A stretch of DNA of 52,200 nucleotides from Candidatus Yonathbacteria bacterium RIFCSPLOWO2_01_FULL_47_33b (lineage in GTDB: Bacteria; Patescibacteriota; Minisyncoccia; Phycocordibacterales; UBA1550): NCBI GenBank assembly GCA_001823575.1, contig MHUW01000019.1, forward strand, positions 1-52,200. Direction: 5' to 3'. Positions 48,021 to 52,200 of this stretch are shown piece by piece (positions within the stretch are counted from its first letter, which is position 1; every line of letters starts with the position of its first letter). Position numbers and translations under genes: made by a program. The notes below the pieces were generated by a model. The model made no database searches. It was not told the origin of the DNA and was given only the letters and a program-made list of their open reading frames with translations.

Positions 48021-48076
48021 GAGCCTTACAAAGGACCGCCCTTCGTATCTACGAAGGGCGGTCCTTTGTAAGGCTC
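48021..48076. repeat. Perfect inverted repeat with 27-bp arms (REP-doublet-like)
   Basis: GAGCCTTACAAAGGACCGCCCTTCGTA-TC-reverse complement. Confidence 0.75.
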
Positions 48077-48093
48077 TCAGCCCTCCCTAAAAA

Positions 48094-48135
48094 GCAAAAA
48101 CCCCATCCAACTAATATAGTCGGAGGGGTTTTTGC
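48094..48135 (-). terminator. Terminator of histone-like microprotein gene
   Basis: GCAAAAACCCC..GGGGTTTTTGC hairpin. Confidence 0.6.
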
Positions 48136-48145
48136 TAAAGCGATA

Positions 48146-48259
48146 TTATGCACGCTTCTTTGCAGTCTTCTTTGCTACCTTCTTTTTTGCTACTTTCTTT
48201 ACTGCCTTCTTTACAGCCTTCTTAGCTGTCTTCTTTGCTACCTTCTTTTTTGCTGCCAT
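48146..48259 (-). CDS. 37-aa Lys/Ala-rich histone H1-like microprotein
   Basis: MAAKKKVAKKTAKKAVKKAVKKVAKKKVAKKTAKKRA; synonymous codon variation among repeats supports coding; terminator follows. Confidence 0.8.
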   Translation of the reverse strand: MAAKKKVAKKTAKKAVKKAVKKVAKKKVAKKTAKKRA

Positions 48260-48495
48260 GTTTTTGTGTTGCGCTTGATGATGCGGTGATGCGTCATCAA
48301 ACTTATATGCAAATTTATTATCTACAATAATCTTCGACCGATCAAATGAAGTAAACCGCGAAGTAAAACTTTATTCAATCATGTGCGACTATCGGATCAT
48401 TTATGTATGAAAATTTATTTCATACACTGTTGTACTGATCTACTAATATTATCGCGCATACAAAAAACAAACACAATACTTTTTTGAAATAAAAC

Positions 48496-48504
48496 TGTGG
48501 ATAA
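48496..48504 (-). promoter_or_regulatory. Perfect DnaA box
   Basis: TTATCCACA next to AT-rich tract. Confidence 0.5.
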
Positions 48505-48560
48505 CTTTTTTTATTTTAATTTTGTAAAAAAAATTTTATTAACAAAAATTTTTTCTTTCA

Positions 48561-49583
48561 TCACACACGCATCATCACAACCTCTTCTTCAAGCGTCACA
48601 TTTGTTTTTTCTTTGATAATATTTTTCATTTCTTGCGCGAGTGACAAAATATTTTCTGCGGTTGCACCACCGTGATTCACAAGAATGAGCGCCTGATGTT
48701 CATACACACCAGCATCACCCTGGCGGTGCCCTCGAAAGCCACCAACCTTGTCTAAAAGCCATGCAGCAGAAAGCTTTACGGTATTATCCTCTTGTTTATA
48801 AGCCTTTATCCCAGGAAGCGCCCTTTCGAGCCGTGCAAACTCATCCGCTGAAACGACAGGGTTTTTAAAGAATGACCCCGCCGTACCAAGTCGCGATGAC
48901 GGCATTTTGGCGGTACGAATAGCAACGATTGCCTTGCGAATATCTACGAGCGCAGGCTCCTCAATTTTATTCTCCGCAAAAAAAGTTTTTACATCTTGGT
49001 ATTCAATGTGTGGTGTACCGTCATGACAAATACTGAATGCAGCGCGCACGACGATGAGGTTACTGTTTTTTTTAAAAATACTTTCACGATAACCAAATGC
49101 GCATTCGTCGCGTGAAATTTTTTTTATTTTCATTGTTTGCATATCAAATGCTTCTACCCATGCGAGCGCATCACATGCCTCCACGCCATACGCACCGAGG
49201 TTTTGCACGACGGCACCACCAATAGTTCCCGGTATGAGCGAAAGATTTTCTATCCCCCACAGCCCGCGCTTAACCGTATCGCGCACGACCTCATCCCACA
49301 CCTCCCCAGCGCCCGCGATAACGTGCGATGAAGAACCCTCCTCTTCATAGAAGATACCTTTGCATTCAATCTTCAAAACGAGCCCGGGAAACCCTTTGCT
49401 GGGTACGAGAATATTGGATCCGCCCCCCAACACAAAAATAGGCAGGTTTTGTGAGCGCGCAAACGCCACGCCACTACGTAAATCCGCAAGGCTTTTAACG
49501 CGTGCAAAAAAACGCGCGCTACCCCCGACCCGCATGGTGGTCATGGGTGCAAGAGGAATATGTTCTTTAATGCGTAGTGTCAT
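48561..49583 (-). CDS. murB: UDP-N-acetylmuramate dehydrogenase
   Basis: GGGSN, IPGT.GGA..N.GAYG, FGYRES, AGSFFKNP, HQAL.LVN, LEEEV. Confidence 0.96.
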   Translation of the reverse strand: MTLRIKEHIPLAPMTTMRVGGSARFFARVKSLADLRSGVAFARSQNLPIFVLGGGSNILVPSKGFPGLVLKIECKGIFYEEEGSSSHVIAGAGEVWDEVVRDTVKRGLWGIENLSLIPGTIGGAVVQNLGAYGVEACDALAWVEAFDMQTMKIKKISRDECAFGYRESIFKKNSNLIVVRAAFSICHDGTPHIEYQDVKTFFAENKIEEPALVDIRKAIVAIRTAKMPSSRLGTAGSFFKNPVVSADEFARLERALPGIKAYKQEDNTVKLSAAWLLDKVGGFRGHRQGDAGVYEHQALILVNHGGATAENILSLAQEMKNIIKEKTNVTLEEEVVMMRV

Positions 49584-49591
49584 ATGGTGAT

Positions 49592-49712
49592 AAAAAGCTC
49601 CGAGTTGATACTCGGAGCAGGGCTTCTGCACTCTTTTGGCTAGCGGGTACGAGCTCCAACAAATGTCTAATAAGTGAGTGCAGCCGCTAGCCAGAGGAAC
49701 GCACGAGCTTCT
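49592..49712 (-). ncRNA. Candidate structured RNA 2 (long hairpin plus terminator) directly upstream of murB
   Basis: TTGGTG-17-TACAAT promoter; TGGCTAGCGG/CCGCTAGCCA stem; terminator GCTCCGAG..CTCGGAGC-T5. Confidence 0.55.
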
Positions 49713-49757
49713 TTTGTATTGTAGGCGATTTTAACAAAAACACCAAGTACGGACGGG

Positions 49758-49845
49758 AAAACATAAAGCCCCGCTTTCGCGGGGCTTTATGTAGACATTC
49801 GTTTGTTGAATCGCCCAAGGGTTGCCCCCTGCGCACTCACTTACT
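49758..49845 (-). ncRNA. Candidate small RNA 1 (about 88 nt)
   Basis: TTGACT-16-TATACT promoter; GCAA-tetraloop hairpin; 13-bp GAAA-loop terminator; no SD-led ORF. Confidence 0.7.
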
Positions 49846-50032
49846 AATCCAGTATAGCAGATTCTCAAAAAAAGTCAACCCCCTACACCTACTTTTACAT
49901 TGTTGCCTCGTGTTTCAACCATTAGGTTTCCGAGAAACTGCCTTTAACAGAAAATTAGGTGCCATCCACCAATAAAATTTGCAACAAAAAACACGATGCA
50001 AAAGTAGGTGTGGGGGTCAAGTTTTTGAAGAT

Positions 50033-52168
50033 TTAGGGCCTTCTTCCCGCTTTAATCTCCTTACTATAGAACTCTCCCTGGTCTTTGAACGCTGGGTCGA
50101 GCAGTATCGCACGCTCGATTTCCGCTATTGAGTCTGCCCGGCGGCCCATTTCAAAATAGAGTGCCGAGAGCTTCGTGTGTGGATCAGCCTCGTTGGGTGT
50201 GCGTGCCACGTGTGCCACAAGAACGCGCTCAATCTCTTTGTAGTTCTTATTGTCCATGAGTACGCGCACATAGAAATTCTCAGCGTCTTGATACGCAGGG
50301 GCGAGCTCGTATGCCTGCTTAAACATCTCTTCTGCTTTCACGGTATCCTTTTTATTGTAAGACAAGCTCCCAATCTCAAACATGACTGCCTGTTTTTTAG
50401 GTGAGAGTTCATGAGCCTTCTCTAGATACACAAGGGCCTCGTCATAGCTCGCAGGATTGTAGCGCGCAAGTTGACTCAAAAATGAACCAAGGAAAAGCTG
50501 GTACCGCGCATCCTGGGAATGCGTATCAACCTGCTTTTTTAATTCGCTTACGGTGAGTTCAACAAATGCTTGCTTGGTTGCATTGTCGATCTTTTCAGCG
50601 CCGAGGATTTGCATGGTAATCTGGCTCAATTGTTCGCGCCCTTCCGAACTTCCAAAAGAGTCGTAGGCAAACACTTTCTTGAAATTCTCAAGGTTCACCA
50701 TAGGGCCTCCCTGCTGAGGCTGCAATGCTTCAATGAGCATAAAATTGGTCGCTAAAGGTTTAGCATTAAAGAAGTATATAAGAGCGACAACAAGAATTGC
50801 TGCTGCTGGAGCAATTGAAATATCGAGAGACGTCGCCTCTTCATTTTTTTTCTTATCACTTTTCTTTAGGGCGACAACTTCTCCCCCTCTTGAGCTCTCG
50901 AGGTACGCAAGGACCGAGAAGAACATTACGTAGCTCATCAGATTGTCAAACACAAAGAGGTTCTGGAAGAAGTATCCGGCGAGGAGTCCGGTGAAAATAC
51001 TTTTTTCAACAACAGAGAACGCTGAACCCCTTCTCCATAGATACCAAATGGCGAGGACAAAGAGCGATAAGTACGCGAAGAGGCCCAAGATACCGCCCGC
51101 AATGAGCCAGTCAAAGAACGCATTGTGAGCACGATCAAACCATGGCTCCTGCCCATACATATTGGGGTCATAATATGTATTGAACACGAAATTGAAGTTC
51201 TCTTGACCCCACCCAAGCATTGGTCGCTCTTTAAACCCTTGGTATGCCATATTCCACACCATAAAGCGCGACTTGGTTGTCGTCTCGGTAAGAGATATTG
51301 ACGAAAAACGCCCAAGGACGGGGCTGTTCGTCACAAACTGTGTGTCCTTCATCACAAAGAATCCACCAATAAGGAGCACGATACCTGCAAGGATTCCTAG
51401 CGCAATTTTGCGCAGACCAGTGCGCTCTTTTTCAAAAATGGCAATCAAAAGCGATGTAAGAAGGAGTCCTCCAATGAGACCCAGGATGGCTCCGCGGGTT
51501 GCCGTGTGATAGAGGACAAACACATCAAGAAGTATGAGCGGTGTGTAGATCCACACCGAAGCTTTCTCCGCAATCATCCCTCCAATAGTATGCCCTTTTG
51601 CGCGAAGCATCATAAACAACGTAAGGAACACATGGAACAGCATATAGACCGCGAGATATGCTGCATTGCCAAAGGTTGCATCAACGCGAGCGCTTCCCTG
51701 ATTTATTTGTAGTACCCCACCAAACTGAAACAACGCGTAGATACCAATAATAAAACTGACGAGTATCGAAGTATTCCAAAATGCACCCCACTTCTTTCGT
51801 GCCCCCAAAACTGTTGTTGCTATTACAAAGTACGCGAAGAAATGAAGGAGGCTTAGTACGCCTTCCATACGCTCATAGTTTGACCAGAAGCTCTTGTACG
51901 GGTTTTCGCCCAGTGCCCCCGCGAGCGCGAGAATGCCCACAAACGAGGCTGCTGCAATAAGGAGAGGTGACTTGGTGGGACGATATGCCGAATCGCGGTA
52001 CGCGAGTACGATCCATACACCAAGGAGTATTTCTACAATGATCCTAAATGCAAAGTTCTTACCCGTAATAAATGGAAAGAACATTCCGTCCGAAACGAAA
52101 AGAGGTATGAAAAGGACCAAAAATAACCCCCCTATCAATATATTGCTCAGAATTTTGTTTGTGTTCAT
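50033..52168 (-). CDS. O-antigen ligase family membrane protein with C-terminal TPR repeats
   Basis: Multi-TM; ATFGN, T.TRG, R..VW, GWGQENF, DRAHN motifs; TPR-like tail. Confidence 0.9.
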   Translation of the reverse strand: MNTNKILSNILIGGLFLVLFIPLFVSDGMFFPFITGKNFAFRIIVEILLGVWIVLAYRDSAYRPTKSPLLIAAASFVGILALAGALGENPYKSFWSNYERMEGVLSLLHFFAYFVIATTVLGARKKWGAFWNTSILVSFIIGIYALFQFGGVLQINQGSARVDATFGNAAYLAVYMLFHVFLTLFMMLRAKGHTIGGMIAEKASVWIYTPLILLDVFVLYHTATRGAILGLIGGLLLTSLLIAIFEKERTGLRKIALGILAGIVLLIGGFFVMKDTQFVTNSPVLGRFSSISLTETTTKSRFMVWNMAYQGFKERPMLGWGQENFNFVFNTYYDPNMYGQEPWFDRAHNAFFDWLIAGGILGLFAYLSLFVLAIWYLWRRGSAFSVVEKSIFTGLLAGYFFQNLFVFDNLMSYVMFFSVLAYLESSRGGEVVALKKSDKKKNEEATSLDISIAPAAAILVVALIYFFNAKPLATNFMLIEALQPQQGGPMVNLENFKKVFAYDSFGSSEGREQLSQITMQILGAEKIDNATKQAFVELTVSELKKQVDTHSQDARYQLFLGSFLSQLARYNPASYDEALVYLEKAHELSPKKQAVMFEIGSLSYNKKDTVKAEEMFKQAYELAPAYQDAENFYVRVLMDNKNYKEIERVLVAHVARTPNEADPHTKLSALYFEMGRRADSIAEIERAILLDPAFKDQGEFYSKEIKAGRRP

Positions 52169-52200
52169 TGCCCTCTACTATATCACAAAAAAACCAAAAA

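Noticed and set aside
48146-48259. TTCTTTGC-type repeats as CRISPR or satellite
   Set aside because: No spacers or cas genes; explained by Lys/Ala codons
48300-48560. Replication origin
   Set aside because: Only one perfect and one near-match DnaA box; no dnaA/dnaN nearby and no switch in gene orientation
49592-49845. Assignment as SRP RNA, 6S RNA, tmRNA, c-di-GMP riboswitch or IS110 bridge RNA
   Set aside because: Diagnostic motifs and lengths not seen by eye, and no recombinase nearby; left as unknown RNAs

Overview
Window from a bacterial chromosome using genetic code 11. Gene content, short AT-rich leaders mostly lacking Shine-Dalgarno (SD) sites, split transketolase and abundant type II toxin-antitoxin (TA) pairs suggest Patescibacteria/CPR (Parcubacteria-like); this is inference, not a database result. 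The backbone is housekeeping: rplY, fba, PfkB kinase, tkt N/C subunits, rpe, rpiB, gap, gatB, obg, eno, glycerate kinase, secA, murB and an O-antigen ligase/TPR protein. The main accessory feature is a minus-strand island at about 14.9-20.5 kb, bracketed by two copies of a VPLPA-CTERM gene 3' end plus terminator. It encodes a candidate RiPP operon: 4xCxxC zinc-ribbon protein, RRE-bearing radical SAM/SPASM maturase, RimJ/RimL GNAT and a 31-aa Trp-containing peptide missed by the ORF track. These are followed by a TrpRS, a T-box riboswitch with an atypical stem I controlling an unknown GNAT-like gene, and an aspartoacylase-like gene. The second highlight is two tandem, mutually complementary small RNA units upstream of murB that share a sequence motif with the leader of a cell-wall hydrolase gene. 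Also seen are a 37-aa histone H1-like microprotein, several pseudogene remnants and REP-like palindromes. No rRNA, tRNA, CRISPR array, integrase or transposase was seen. All calls are by eye from motifs; no searches were run.
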